Of a DNA stretch of 64,000 nt, positions 36,166 through 49,600 are shown one piece after another (the first letter of the stretch is position 1; each line of letters starts with the position of its first letter). Below the pieces are notes generated by a model. The model saw only the letters and a program-made list of their open reading frames with translations. It searched no databases and was not told where the DNA came from. Origin of the DNA: Anthoceros angustus (taxonomy: Eukaryota > Plantae > Anthocerotophyta); assembly GCA_010909165.1 (NCBI GenBank), contig VJWM01000265.1, forward strand, positions 62,001 to 126,000, in the 5' to 3' direction. The position numbers and the translations under genes were made by a program.

Positions 36166-37667
36166 ATGTTTGTATAGCTTGAGCAGGCATCTAGCTAGCA
36201 AGTGCTCTTGTAGCCGCTCGCCTGAGATGGATGCAGACTCCATGAGAGAATGCCGAATGTGCATGCAGACTCCATGGAAAAAGCTGAGAAAGCGGAGGCA
36301 GGCTGCAGGGGGCCGCATGGAGAAGAGAAAACCCAAGCCGTTACATGTTGCTTGTGCACACGCAAAACCCCACTTTGAAAGGCAAGCTTGCGGCCCTATT
36401 AGTCAAACCTTGTCAAACAACAAGGGATGAGCTCTGCATCCCTTAGCCTGTGCACAGCTTGGGCAGGCCTCTGGCCAAAACCCCCGGTTTGCGGTGCAGT
36501 GGGGTGTGTGAAAATTGCTCATCTTAAATGATACCAAACCCGATAGTAGAAGAAAAGACTGCGCACGTACCCGAGACACTCACGGCCCGTCTCAGACCAA
36601 CACAACACCAGGGATGTAACACAAACATGGCAATGATGACCCAGCACAACAGCAGGGATGTGAAGGGCAGGCAGATCTACAGCAGGAATGTCCAGAGGAC
36701 AAAATGTAAAACATCCCTGAGAACAAATGTGAGGCACTTAATTACCATAGTTCCCACGCAGAAGCAAGGTCGCAACCTACAACAACACACCAATGCAAGG
36801 CTTCAACACAGCACTCAATCCGTCACTGGAGATGATGCTGGGGAGGCACACCTGCCACCTAGGAGTAGTCTGCGATTCTCGCGAATCTCACTTGCGAACC
36901 TCCGCCAAATTGCCAACTGCTCGACCCAGTACTCGTGCTCCCTGCTTGACCGCTGCCATGACCTCCAGCACATGTACTCATCTCGCGTTCTGAAGCCGGG
37001 AGGAGTTTCTGCGCGGGTGCGTTTCCTGTCCCTCCCACATGGCTTCCTTCGGCCACTCCGCTCAGCCGCGTGGCTGCTCTCGGGGACGTGCGACGATTGG
37101 AGGCGTTTTTATTTTATGTTTTTTACACTGGACGGTTTGTGTAACACAAAAGCCAATATGTACAAGTACAAGATGTCAAAGTTTGAGATCCCGGAAAGGA
37201 AAGGCGATTCACGGGGCAGCGCCGCGCTGCTCCGCGGCATTTTTATTATGTTCACCCGAAATCTAGGATGTTGAGGGCTTCTTTCCATGGGCTCGATCGT
37301 TACGAAGATAGTTCATATTTGATCCCGACCCCTTGGCCTGGGGCCTTCAGGGTTGTTCCCGTCCTTCGCCTCGGGATTTCCCTTTTTATCTTTTTTTCAT
37401 ATAGAGTTTTCACTATCCTCTTAAATTTAGAATTATTTTTTTATTTTATTTTTATTTTCAAAAAGCTTCCATAAAATATGGGAAACAATATTCTTGAGTA
37501 ACAAATATATGTGAAGGCGGTTTGTGCAGGAGAGATATTGAGTGGAAGCACAGTTTGGTAGAACACTATAAGTGGGGCTGGAGAGATATTAGGTGGAAGC
37601 AGAGTTTGGTAGACCATTGCAAGTGGAGACGACGCAACAAAAAACGGACACTTATTATGCCCACATA

Positions 37668-37680
37668 CACTAGTAGAAAA
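37668..37680 (+). mobile_element. CACTA TIR, left end
   Basis: CACTAGTAGAAAA followed by TGTTAC/GTAACA subterminal repeats. Confidence 0.5.
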
Positions 37681-40600
37681 GAAAGCTTAGGCTATGTTCT
37701 ATTCCATTGTAACATTTTTGCTTTGCTATGTTACAATCTTTTGGCCCATGTAACACTTCTCAAGTGGGGTTGCGCCTCCTCAGACATTACCTCAAAATGT
37801 TATATGTATAGTGTTACAACACCCCTATGTTAAGAATTTAGGCTTGGTATAGGTAGTTTGGAGGTCTTGGGTCAACATGGGTTACCTGCATACGTTAGTT
37901 GTCAATGGCATATATTTTTTGATTGGTGCTCATTAATGTTGATTTAATATTTGTGCAGTAGCTGCAACCGAGGGAGCTTCTGGTTACGCGCGGGAACACT
38001 ACAGCAAATTTGGAAGCGCCCACCTGCTCGCCTACACAATGTGATCGCCTCGTTTGGAGAAACGGCAAAGGGGAGGGAAGCAAGTCAGCAAGGTGCGTTT
38101 CTTTGCCTTCGTCTCACAATCGATGCTCTTGGGACAGGAGCTCTAGGAGGAAAATCCCGGGGCTTCCGAAATTCACGCTCTAGTGGCCACACTTATCCCA
38201 TTGTCACTCAGCACATTGAGTTTCATCCCATGAGACTTGTATGAATGGTCGAATCTTAGGAGATCAATCATTGCCTACATCTATTCACTCCCTCAACCTC
38301 CTCAACAAGCAAGGCACCCACTAATTTCCCCCTTACAGCAGCTGCATCACCTGCACTGCTCCGAAAATTCACCAATTCTCGACCTACAACGACATAACAC
38401 AATTGCAGGTCATGTCTTAGCAGCAAGGAGTCTGCCACGGGTGCCCAGGGACCCCTGACCCACACCGCGATTTTATCCCTACTCATCTAATCCTTCTCCT
38501 TCCACAATCTCCTACTCTAACACCTCTTGCTGGCTCATTAATTCCAACTGGCCCTTACGGCACAACTGCCTGGGGTCCATCCGGAAATCAATGAGTTCTT
38601 CCTTGGGCTGGTTGCTATGGGGATAGACAGCAAGAACCTCCAGGAAGTCTTTCCTTGCAGTCTACCCTCAAGCCGAGAGTTCCTTGAGCATTGCCACACA
38701 CTCAAAGCAAAACAATTCACACAAGAACCATTCACAAGGGGAGCAAGGTGGTCGCCAGAGAGCAAACCTCCGCCCAAAGACTCCGATCGTCACAGACTCT
38801 CTACTGACATTGCGTTGGCCAAGACCAATTCTCGCACACAAAGCTTAAGGACTGGAGGATGGGAGCGCAAGACACGATACTTTACTTCACAAAGCTCCCT
38901 CCTTTTATAGGGAGGACCTCACATATGACCTCCCCCTGGTGCGCTTCCCATACGCTGCCTTACACCCTATTTTAATATATCCTACTATCAGACTTTAAGT
39001 TCTGACATTGAAGCATTTCTGGTAAAATTCTATTCTAGTAGTCTTCATCTACATCAGCATTAATAGCTCCTGCCAACGTTCCTACCTAGCTAGTCTATGT
39101 CTTCAAGCTAAACCTAGGGGCCCTTCATGAGTCCCCCTCCTTATCCTGCTGCCTACCTGGAGCTTCCTCCTCCAATAAAATAGCCCGAGCTCTCTTAGCC
39201 ACTGGCTCATCCTCAGCTGCTTCCCTTTCTCTCATTTGTGGAGCAAGTGAGCTTCTTGCTCCCACACCCATGTTAGGAGATTGGGTGTCCCTTTGCCTTA
39301 TACTTCTCACCGTCCAACACCGTGGTTCCGTCTTTGCGTTCCTGTCTCGCAAGGTAGCCAGTTCTTCCTCCATTTGGTGTAAGTTAACAAAACATTCTTC
39401 AATCAATTCCAAGTTGGTGTAAGACCAGTGTCTTCCATATGCCCATTCCAACTGGATATTTTGATCCGCCGCCCACGGCCTGAAATCTGCAAGGTCCCTT
39501 GAAGATACTTGACCTACAAAGCATGTAAATTGCGGCATATCCAACTTCCATTCCCCGGAGCTTGCACCTCCTGCTTTAGACTTTTTGTCCTTTCCTGCGC
39601 TACTTCCCTTGGTGGGCGTCCCAGCCTTGGCAACCACCTCCTTGCCCTTCGCTGTGGTAGGCTTAGTCATGGCTTTCTCGTTGAGTTCCTACACAAAATA
39701 GAGAAAAAGGAGTGCTTCTCTTGCAACTCTTACACCACTTGTCAGCTTCCTACCACGGTAGGCGTTTTTCCTTCTTGGCAGTTTGCACCTGTTCACCACG
39801 CCTTGGACCTTGCTCTTGCTCTCAATGACTTGGCCCTTACACCTTGGCTCTTCCAAACCCCAACTTCTCCTGTTGTGACTTGAAACGGAATCCTCCTCCA
39901 AAGTACCTTACGGACTCTTACACTTGTGCCGACGATTTCGAAGCTCTTCCTTCAAAATCTCCTTGCAATCCTGCCACGCCCCACCCTTTCTATCACTCCT
40001 GCAAAGTTAGGGAGGTGTGGTTTTCCCTCTTACACCTCGGCTCCCTTCCTACTTCTTCTTTTTCTTCCTGCACCTCCTCCTTACATTCCCTGCTGGTGTG
40101 TCTTGTCTGATGACAAATTGAGCAACACATCAACTGCCTTGCAGGCGAAGGCGATCTCCGTGGAGCTAGATTCTTCACTGCCTTGACCTCCAATTCTGTC
40201 AATCATTTTGTCAAAACTTCCACTTGTCTTGCGATTCCCCCTCCTGCAGCGGACGTTCCTCCTTTCTCCATCCGTCGGACCGTTTTTCCCTTCCTCTCCT
40301 TTTCCAGCGCGCGCTCAACTTCCTCTTGCTGTTTCTTGACTTTCTCCAAGTCCTTTCTTCTGCGTCGTTCATAAGCTTTCTCGTATTCTTCATCTGATGT
40401 AGAGCTCTCCTTGGTACCACTCTCCTCACTTCGAGAAGAAGATGACGAAGACGTGGGAGAGGAAGAAAAAGAAGAAGAACTAGACCTCCTGGTCTCTTTC
40501 CTCTTCTTATGACTTCACTTCTTTTTCCTCCTCCTGCCCAACTCAGCCGATTCCCACTCCTTTGCCAAACGGATTGTAGCGTTTTAGTCCCTCGTTTGTA

Positions 40601-41088
40601 GTGTACCTCCATTTTTCTTGATAATCCACTCACAAACCAATCCAATGCTTACTCCTGCAAGTACCCTAGCGTGGGAGGATTTCCTGGTGTCACTGGTGTA
40701 CACTTCGGAACTCGATCTAAGTATCCGTAGAATCGCTCAACGTAATCGAACATGGACTCCCTCTTCTTCCTACGGAGAGTTCTTAATTTTGCCAAGGTAT
40801 GGTGAGCATAACTGAGCCTTCGGAAACGATTCAGAAAAGCAGCTTTCAAAGCATCCCAATCCACTAGCGCACTTGCACCGTAAGTTCTGCTGTACCACTA
40901 CTGGGCATGCCCCCTCAACAACCTAGGGAAGATGCGCAGCCGATCAGCGATCGTATCCTCCAGATTGGCATGGGATACATGCTCAAAAGTGCAGACAAAC
41001 GCTTCCGCGTCGTTGCCCTTTTTCTTCTCCCCAAACTTGATATACTACTGACGACTGTGGGGTTGTGGCAACCCTCCACCTCCAGCGG

Positions 41089-44000
41089 TGTGGACCACGG
41101 ACCCTCCCCGGGGGTAGGGAATGAGTTAGGTTTTGTTTTTTTTTCGTAGGTATGGAGTGCAAAATAAGGCGAAAAGGAAGAAATAAACCCGAACTACTCT
41201 GGACTGCACTCCGGAGTAAGGACTCCGGGGTAGGTGGAAGGACTTTGGAGCACACTCAGGAGGAGGTCCGGACAACGTACCGGAGTATCGGGATAAGTCC
41301 GGGCCACACTCCGCGGCAGGACGGGATAAGTCGCCAAGTAAAGTAACTTAGAAGTTGGAGCGTGATTTAGACAGACGAAGCCACGTGGACGGTACTAAGT
41401 GGTGGACGGGCATGCAGCAGCATCAGATCGCAGGGTTGCCGGGCACAGGTAGGTATTCACGCCCGGCACGGTCGGCTGTGAGCTTAGAGCACGAACGCGG
41501 CGAAGGCACCGAGTAAGGTGGCTGCAGGCGGGAGTAGGCCATGCACTGGCGCCACGGTAGTGAAGGGACACCCTTCCGCTCCGCGACTACTCCCGACGTC
41601 GCAACCTGGAGGGAAGACCATTTCTCTTTGTGACCTCGCAACGATTTTCGCAGTCTCTCGCGCTCCGCCACCCCGCTCTTTGGCGCTATCTCTTCGAGCG
41701 CTCAGGTACCTTCTCGCGCGGCTCACCTTCGTGGTTGGAGCAGCGAACGCGGCGAAGAGGGAGCAGCGCGCCAGTAATCGCCAACAGCCAGCAGCAGCGG
41801 AGCAAGAAGGAGGCGGTGATGGGACCCAAGAAGGCCGCGGAGGTGTGGGAGCCTTGGCGCCTGGTGGAGCGCAACATTGTCACCCGGAGATACCCCGACT
41901 TCGGACCCTGGTTGGAGGAGGCAGAGAACTTGGTGGAGAAGTGGCATCCGACATCTTCGCTGTGGACGCTCGGCCACACCTGCCGTGGAATACGCTAGGA
42001 AGATGCCGGCCGCCAACAAGGAGGTCCGCCCAAAAGTTTGAGGGAGGACTAGGAGGTGGACCGTGAGGTCCCGAGGCGGTTTACAACCGCCTTGAAGAAA
42101 TTGGGGTGTAGTCCCGAGCCCTCAAGGTGAGGGAAAGGTAGAAGGCGGGCGCCGCCATCGCGATCAGGACGCAGCGTCAAAACGAATACGCCTGACCGCC
42201 GGACAAAGTGTAAGGGCGTACAAGGTCATTGTCCATTGAACATGCTCACCAAGGTGGATCACCTTGGTGATAATCTTTTGGTGTTCCTGCACGCCCTACA
42301 GCGGGGCAAACGGGCCGATTGGGGCGATCATCCTCGCCGGCCGATCAAGAGGCTGTGAAGCTACGGAGAGAGAAGCCGCCACGCCGCGCCCCCTTCCTAA
42401 TCCATGTGTGGGGACACCTCAACCTCCTGAAGGAGGGAGAAGAGGAGCGGGCGCCTGAAAGGATTGGCGGCCACGGGAGGCAGGCGGCGAAGGCACCCGA
42501 GGCTGAGGCCCGACCTCCTAAGACCAAACGAGCCCGGGAGGAAGATGAATGGGAGGGAATTCTGGACTCCATCTGGCTGGAACGGACCCCCTCGCCGCCC
42601 CGAGAGGTATGGGAGGATATCCCTGCCTCCCTCCTTCTGGTTCCGGAGGTGGAGTTGCCCGCACCGAACGGAGCACCCCCGGGAGGGGAGTTGACGTTGG
42701 CAACGTCAACCAAAGAACCGCCACGCCTCAAGAATGAGCCACGCCCAAAACGAGTTGTCAAGAGGCCAAGGTGGCACCCACCAACGGCACCAAGGAGCGC
42801 AGTTTCTACCCCTACCCACCTGAGTGGTGAGGCGGAGGAAGCAATGAGAGCGGAGAGACGCCGCCTGTGGGGTCGCGCAGCCCACATCCGGAGTCTGGCC
42901 CCATCTCCGACGGGAAGAGGGAAAACGAGCCCCTCGACCGCCACCAAGCCCAAAACGAAGACGGGCGGCGAAGGAGCTAGCGGCCAAACGGGCCAAGGAG
43001 GTAGAAGGACCGGACCAGGCACCTGTGACCGAGGGTCCCGATCCGTCCGAGCCGAGTCCGGACTCACCCGGATCGACTGCGTCCTTGACGGATCGGGAGA
43101 TGCCCGCCTCACGGACTTCCGGTATCTCCTCACCCGTGGAAGAAACACGGCGAGTTTTGGCTACCGTCATGGACGGTATGCTTTGGGGTCTCGGGACTAC
43201 AGAGAAGACCTGTGAGGTGGAGGCAACAAGAAGGCGATGGTGCTCCTCCAGAGTGTGGAGGCGCCAGAGGCGAAGAAGAAGGCGGAATCCCTCAATCGAG
43301 GAGGGAAAACGCCGTGAAGGAGGAGGTCCGGCCGATTCAAGAAGACCGATTAAGGTCTTCACCGGCAAAGGTGAGGCATGAGGCCCAAGCTCGGCAAGAC
43401 CGCAGCGACGGAAGCCAGGGGAGCCCGAGGAAGCCCGAGAGCAGCGGAGCGGGCTCGAGACCTGGCTGAGGCGGCTAGGGCAGAACAACACCAAGCCGGA
43501 GGCTCGTGAAGGCGTGAGGAGGAAGCCGCAGCTAAGACCGACCGAGATCACTACCGGCGGGATCGCAACCGGTGGAGAGAGACGGCAGGGACAACCGCTA
43601 ACCTCAAGGCGAGCAGAGGCATGAGCAGGCGGCCAGGCGAAGAGAAGGAGGCTAGCAACAAGGAGATGGAGGATCTCCTGCTCTAAGTGGAAGTGGAGGA
43701 CGGGAGATGGAAGACCGCAGGAGACCTTGGAGCCACCCAAGATACAATTGAGCGGAGCGGGTTTCAGGCGTGATCGCGATCACGAGCGGAGATAGAGCGA
43801 CTCTAGCTCACCGGGCGAGCGTAAGAGGTAAGGTGATGGAACAAGGAGCAGAGCGTCGCCGAAATGGAGAGGGACCCCGACGCCGAACGGGCAGAGTTGC
43901 CGATCACCTGGAAGGCGAGCCAGCCAATGAACGGAGGAGCAAGGGCCTTGACGCAAAAAGAAGCCGGTCCATTGAGGAAGGCGAGGGGAGCCGCCATGGA

Positions 44001-47000
44001 CTGAGGTATGCTGGGGTCTCTGGGACGGAGAAGACCCAGGAGGTGGAGGCACAAGAAGGCGCATGGTGCTCCTCCGGGAGGCGGTGGAGCGGGGAGGCGA
44101 AGAGGCGGAATCCCTCAATCGAGGAGGAAAACGCCGTGAAGGAGGAGGTCCGGCCGATTCAAGAAGACCGACCAAGGTCTCTTCGGCGTAGTAAGTAAAC
44201 AGAAAGCTGGTGAGGAGACCTCTGCGGAGGCGGAGGCGGAGGCGGAGGCGGAGGCGGAGGCAGGCGGCGGAGGCGGTCGAGACCGGGCCGAGGCGGCTAG
44301 GCGGGAACAACAACACCAAGCCGGAGGCTCGTGAAGTGGCCGGCGTGAGGAGGAAGCCGCAGCTAAGACCGACCGAGATCACTGGCGGATCGCAACCTGG
44401 AGAGAGACGGGGCCGGCCCGCCAACCCAAGGCGGAGCAGAGGCATGAGCAGCCGGGCGTGTAGAAGAAGAAGGAGGCTAGCAACAAGGAGATGGAGGATC
44501 TCAGGGCTCGGCTGGAAGTGGAGGGACGGCCGGGAGATGGAAGACCGCAAGGAGACCTTGGAGCTACAGCTCCAAGATACAATTGAGCGGAGCGGGTTTC
44601 AGGCGTGATCGCGGATCACGAGCGGGAGATAGAGCGACTCTAGCTCTGCTGGCGAGCATAAGAGGTAAGGTGATGGAACAAGGAGCGCAGGCAATGAGAG
44701 GGACCGACGAAGCGCCGAAACGGGCAGAGTTGCCGGACGCTGGGAAGGCGATGGCGAGCCGGTGAATGAACGGAGGAGCAAGGGCCTTGGGCCTTGACGC
44801 AAAAAGAAGCCGGTCCATTGAGGAAGGCGAGGGGAGCGCCGTGTCATGGCGAAGTCGGCAATGAACGGAAATGACGGAGTCGGAGTAAAGTGAGCAAAGA
44901 ACGGAGGTTGCAGAGGCACCAGGCCTTGTGGCCTCGCGAGATTCGCCCGCCCACCGACAAACCTGAAGGAGAGACGACCGAAGTTTGACAAGACGCGCTC
45001 CGAGCACCTATGGCGAAGGGAGTATCGGGTGCTCCAAGCATGTGGAGGAGGCAATCCAACAAATCGACTCGGATTTTGCCTACTACCACGCCGAGCTCCT
45101 CAAGGCGTTGAAACTTCAACAGAATCGGACTGACTCCCAAGGGTCGAGGAGGAAGGGAAGAAGGGCATGGGGATAGCGCTGGGGTCTTGGTGGCCTTGTT
45201 TGGTGATGAGGGCAGCGGTGAAGAGGAGCCCCAGGAGAAGCAGGACACGGCCAATGTAACGGACCTTGAGGTAAGTCCGTCGCAACCAGCCAGGGGGGAT
45301 AAGGATGAGGGCCCCGAAAGAGGGGGGGAGGAAGGAAACCAACCGGACCCAAGCTAGGGAAGGGGACCGGTGAGCAAGGACGGGCCCCTAACAGTAGGCG
45401 GGCCGGGGATTGGGGGTCCGGGACTTGAGGACCGGACTGACAGTCGGACCTTGAGGTCCGAACCCCGTGGACGATCGGACCTTGAGGTCCGGACTGAAAT
45501 AAGACCGACTCACAAGATCGGACCCCGGAGTCGAGACCGGACCCCGAGGTCCGGACTCAGGAGGAGAGAGGGAGTCAGCCCCGACGTGCTCAGGAGGAGC
45601 CGTCACCCGGTGGTCTTACAGGGCGTGAACCCACTCGAAGGACGGGAGACTGGGAGGATGTGGTGGTTACCGCGGTCGTCAAACCGCCAGAGCCCACCGA
45701 GGTCTCGGAAGGGAAGGGGTCCCGCCTCGCAGATCATCCGATTGGGTGCGCCGCAGCAGTGGCAAGGAGTTACCGGGCGCCGAGGCGGAACCAAGGGCAT
45801 CCCTGTGCCCACCGCCGACGACGGGAGATAGAGCGACTCTAGCTCTGGCTGGCGAGCGTAAGAGGTAAGGTGATGGAACAAGGAGCGCAGGCAAATGAGA
45901 GGGACCGACGAAGCGCCGAAACGGGCAGAGTTGCCGGACGCTGGGAAGGCGATGGCGAGCCGGTGAATGAACGGAGGAGCAAGGGCCTTGGGCCTTGACG
46001 CAAAAAGAAGCCGGTCCATTGAGGAAGGCGAGGGGAGCGTCATGGCGAATGGCGGCGGCGGAAATGACGGAGGCTGGGCGGAGCAGGCGGCAACGGAGGT
46101 TGCGAAATGGCGGGCCGCCCTTGTGGCCTCGCGAGATTCGCCCGCCCACCGACAAACCCGAAGGAGAGACGGACGGAAGCCGGACGTACGCTCCGGAGCA
46201 CCTATGGCGAAGGGAGTATCGGGTGCTCCGGCGCATGTGGAGGCAATCCAACAAATCGACTCCTGCCTACTACCACGCCGAGCTCCTCAAGGCGTTGAAA
46301 CTTCTCACAGAATCGGACTGACTCCCAAGGGTCGAGGGAGTGAAGGGAAGAAGGGCATGGGGATAGGGGTCTTGGTGGCCTTGTTTGGTGATGAGGGCGG
46401 TGAAGAGGAGCCCCAGAGAAGCAGGACACGGCCAATGTAACGGACCTTGAGGTAAGTCCGTCGCAACCACCTGTGGGATAAGGATGAGGCCCCAAAGAGG
46501 GAGGAAGGAAACCAACCGGACCCAAGCTAGGAAGGGACCGGTGAGCAAGGACGGGCCCCAACGAGGCGGTCGATTGGGGGTCCGGACTTGAGGACCGGAC
46601 CACAGTATTGCTACCTGACCTTGAGGTCCGAACCCCGTGGACGAGGCGGACCTTGAGGTCCGGACTCTGGAAATAAGACCGACTCCTGAAGATCGGACCC
46701 CGGAGTCGAGACCGGACCCCGAGGTCCGGACTGAAATAAGACCGACCTCAAGATCGGACTGAGTCGAGACCGGACCCCGAGGTCCGGACTCGGGAGGAGA
46801 GGGAGTCGTGACGTGCTCGGGAGGAGCCGCCACCGGGTCTTGCTGTGAACCCACCGGACCGGAGACTGGAGGATGTGGTGGTTACCGCGGTCGCCAAACC
46901 GCCAGAGCCCACCGATGTGGTCTCGGAAGGAAGGGGTCCCGCCGCAGATCATCCGATTGGGTGCATGCGGTAGAAGGAATTAGGGGTCATCCCCAGTAGA

Positions 47001-47815
47001 ACCAAGGGCATCCCTGTGCCCACCGCCGACGGAGATAGGGGAGGGCGAAGAGAAGGGGTCGATTAGGGCACACCGATGGGCCACCCGCCCGTAATAGGAG
47101 TGTAATAAAGACGCCACCTTGGGCGAGTATAAGAGGGCCGAGGCCGCCTAGTAAAGTATCTTTCTTGGTGTTGATGCCGCTTTCCTGCGCACTCAGCGCC
47201 TTCTGCTAACGTGAGTCCCGAGTCACCGAGGTGCACGGCGCCCGGAGAGATCGATCCCGTCCCGGTGACGGACCTTGACGTGTGGTGGTGTGTGCAGGAA
47301 CGAACGACCGGGGACCCTTGCTCGTCCAGAGCGGCGATTCGGCGTTGGGCGGACCGGAACGCGTGAGCTGGGGGAACTTCGGGAGGGCGTGAAGAGCCCG
47401 GACGGAGAGGCCCGGTGAACGACGGAGGAGGTCCGGACCACGCAGCCCACCCGTTTCTTTTCAAGGGGCGATGAGTGCCGTGAGAGATGTGGAGATTTTA
47501 GCGTGAGTGATTTAGACGAGTGCAACGAGAGTGGTAGGAGGGACGGACTAGAAGTACGAGGAACGGACTGGAATGATACGGACGCGAACGAGTCCCTAAA
47601 CGTTTGGCCACGCCGAGCCTGTTCGATGGACATTACGGGTAGCTAGTAGCGAAACGATAAACGCATGTGTTTGAGTCCGAAACGGTCGCGGTGTGAGGTG
47701 AGAAACGATTGAAACGTGACAAACGGAGCCCATCATTCCCTTGGGAGCGGACCCCTTACTATAACGACACGGGATTGTGCGCGCCCGGCTGGCCGTCAGC
47801 GAAAGTCGCACCACA
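41089..47815 (+). mobile_element. 6.7-kb TGTGG..CCACA element (giant solo-LTR-like) with 5-bp TSD AGCGG
   Basis: AGCGG at 41084-41088 and 47816-47820. Splits the host gag. GC-rich, with internal 0.8 and 1.2 kb tandem duplications and a decayed ORF from 41819. Confidence 0.85.
43160..47040. repeat. Nested tandem duplications inside the 6.7-kb element
   Basis: GAGATAGAGCGACTCTAGCT recurs at ~43789, 44626 and 45826. 44626-45825 matches 45826-47035, and 43160-43790 matches 43990-44625. Confidence 0.85.
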
Positions 47816-48756
47816 AGCGGTTTCGCTCATAATGCTCAGCCCAGATGATCTCGGAGCACTCGCGCTCCCTTCCCTTGCTGCAGGTAAATTGATTAACCAA
47901 TGTTCCCTGCAAATAGGATGTCTTGTACAAAGACTTGAGCACGGTTGTGGTGTGGTATCTCCTCCGAATGCGTTCCCCAAGGTTGTGAGTTGAGAAGCGA
48001 TTCGATCAAGACGTACTACAAGATCCTCAGACCATGCATGAAATTCCCCACTGCTTACCCTACCTTCTTCACTCTATGTCTCACTTGAAGTCGAGCTGGA
48101 TCCACCACTCTGAAAATTCCAACGTTGAAAAGGCCTAGTGCCTGCAGCTAGATTCAAGCCATGTTCGTGGTCTTATACCTCCTCTTCGCTCTCCTCCTGG
48201 CACACTAGCTCTTCTTCAATAATCTCTTTTCTTTCACTGTCTTTGACTTCCACGTTTTCTTCACCAGAAGCAATCCCTTCCTGGTCACTTGCCTCACCTT
48301 TGTAGACAAGAGCAAAATCGGCTCTTCCTTGAGCGCTCGTATCTCCTCTTCCTTCTGAATCCGTTGTGTAACCATAGCAGTGCTTTCCTCCCTCAACTGA
48401 TTTCTCCTTGCAGCCCTCAGATCTCTTGCAGTCACAGATGAAGGTGATCTCCTACGATTATCTCTTCGCTCCCTTCCTCTGCTAGACATATGCAGGAATC
48501 TTCATAGTCCCCAACACACGGTTGTCAAAAAACACAAGCAACTTCGGGCAAGTACCGTCCTTGTTGCGGAAATCACACAAATCACACAAATCACACAACT
48601 CAGAAGGCGTGGGGCCCCTTCTTCACAACGCGTGGGTATCAGGGCAATGGGGTTTCATCATAGACATACGTTCCACCTCTATGCAAGGTTTCCTCAGCAC
48701 ACACTGCAATCTAGGCAATGAAATCTCCCCAAAGCCACAACCGTTGTAACAGCAAG

Positions 48757-48774
48757 TCCCCGGCAACGGCGCCA
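48757..48774 (-). promoter_or_regulatory. Primer-binding site complementary to the tRNA-Asp(GUC) 3' end
   Basis: TGGCGCCGTTGCCGGGGA, 4 nt inside the LTR CA end. Confidence 0.85.
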
Positions 48775-49394
48775 AAAATGTGGGAGGAAAATCCCGGGCT
48801 CGCGAGATTCCCCCTCTAGCGGCCACACTTATCCCACTATTGCTCAACACGTTGGGTTTCATCCCATGAGACTTGTGTGAACGGTCGAATCTTAGGAGAT
48901 CAATCATTGCCTACATCTACTCACTCTCTCAACCTCCTCAACAAGCAAGGCGCCCATTAATTTCCCCCTTATAGCAGCTGCACCACCTGCACTGCTCCGA
49001 AAATTCACCAATTCTTGACCTACAATGACACAACACATAGGCTCTTAAGGTCTTCCCCAAATAGCATCAAGTATGTTGTCCCGTTTAGGTTGCGCCATTC
49101 TCTGCCACGCCTTCTCCAATCAATTTTTATCTTGGAAGATTTCCCTCTAGATTTTCCACGTTCTGCCCTGCCCTTGGGCAAAGCCTCCACCTCACTACTT
49201 GTTTGAGAGTCCCCTTCCTTGTTGTAGCTGGAGGTCTGCACGTTTGAGTCTTCCAATTGCCTCCTACATCCACAGACGTGTGCCTTGTAAACCACCTAGC
49301 CACCGCCAATGGAAAGCATCGAGGCTCCACACAATGTTGAGCACAAGTGCCTAAGCAAAGCCGGGTGAGCATGCTGGTGAGCAAGATGAGCAAC

Positions 49395-49600
49395 GTGCAT
49401 GAGCACGCTGCCACCCTAAAGGAGTAGTGTGCCTAAGCATGCTGCTCAACAAAATGAGCAGTGTGCTTAGGCAAAACGAGCAACAAAGTGAGCAGCTCGT
49501 GCATGAGCACGCTGCCACCCTAAAGGAGTAGTGTGCCTAAGCATGCTGCTCAACAAAATGAGCAGTGTGCTTAGGCAAAACGAGCAACAAAGTGAGCAGC
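49395..49600. repeat. Tandem duplication, ~103 bp
   Basis: GTGCATGAGCACGCTGCCACCCTAAAGGAGTAGTGTGCC...AGTGAGCAGC x2. Confidence 0.85.

Larger units (their letters stand above)
38142..49037 (-). mobile_element. Ty3/gypsy (Athila-like) LTR element with gag plus a 3' extra ORF and no pol, interrupted by an insertion at 41089-47815
   Basis: Direct repeats 38142-38401 and 48779-49037. tRNA-Asp PBS at 48757-48774. Gag DWDALKAAFLNRF and zinc knuckle CSICHQTRHTSREC. PPT-like CAGGGGGAG at ~38930-38938. Confidence 0.85.

Noticed and set aside
42345-47633. Many long overlapping ORFs on both strands in the GC-rich insertion
   Set aside because: Low-complexity products expected from high GC content and tandem duplication; only the DWG/PFLIH frame has independent support.
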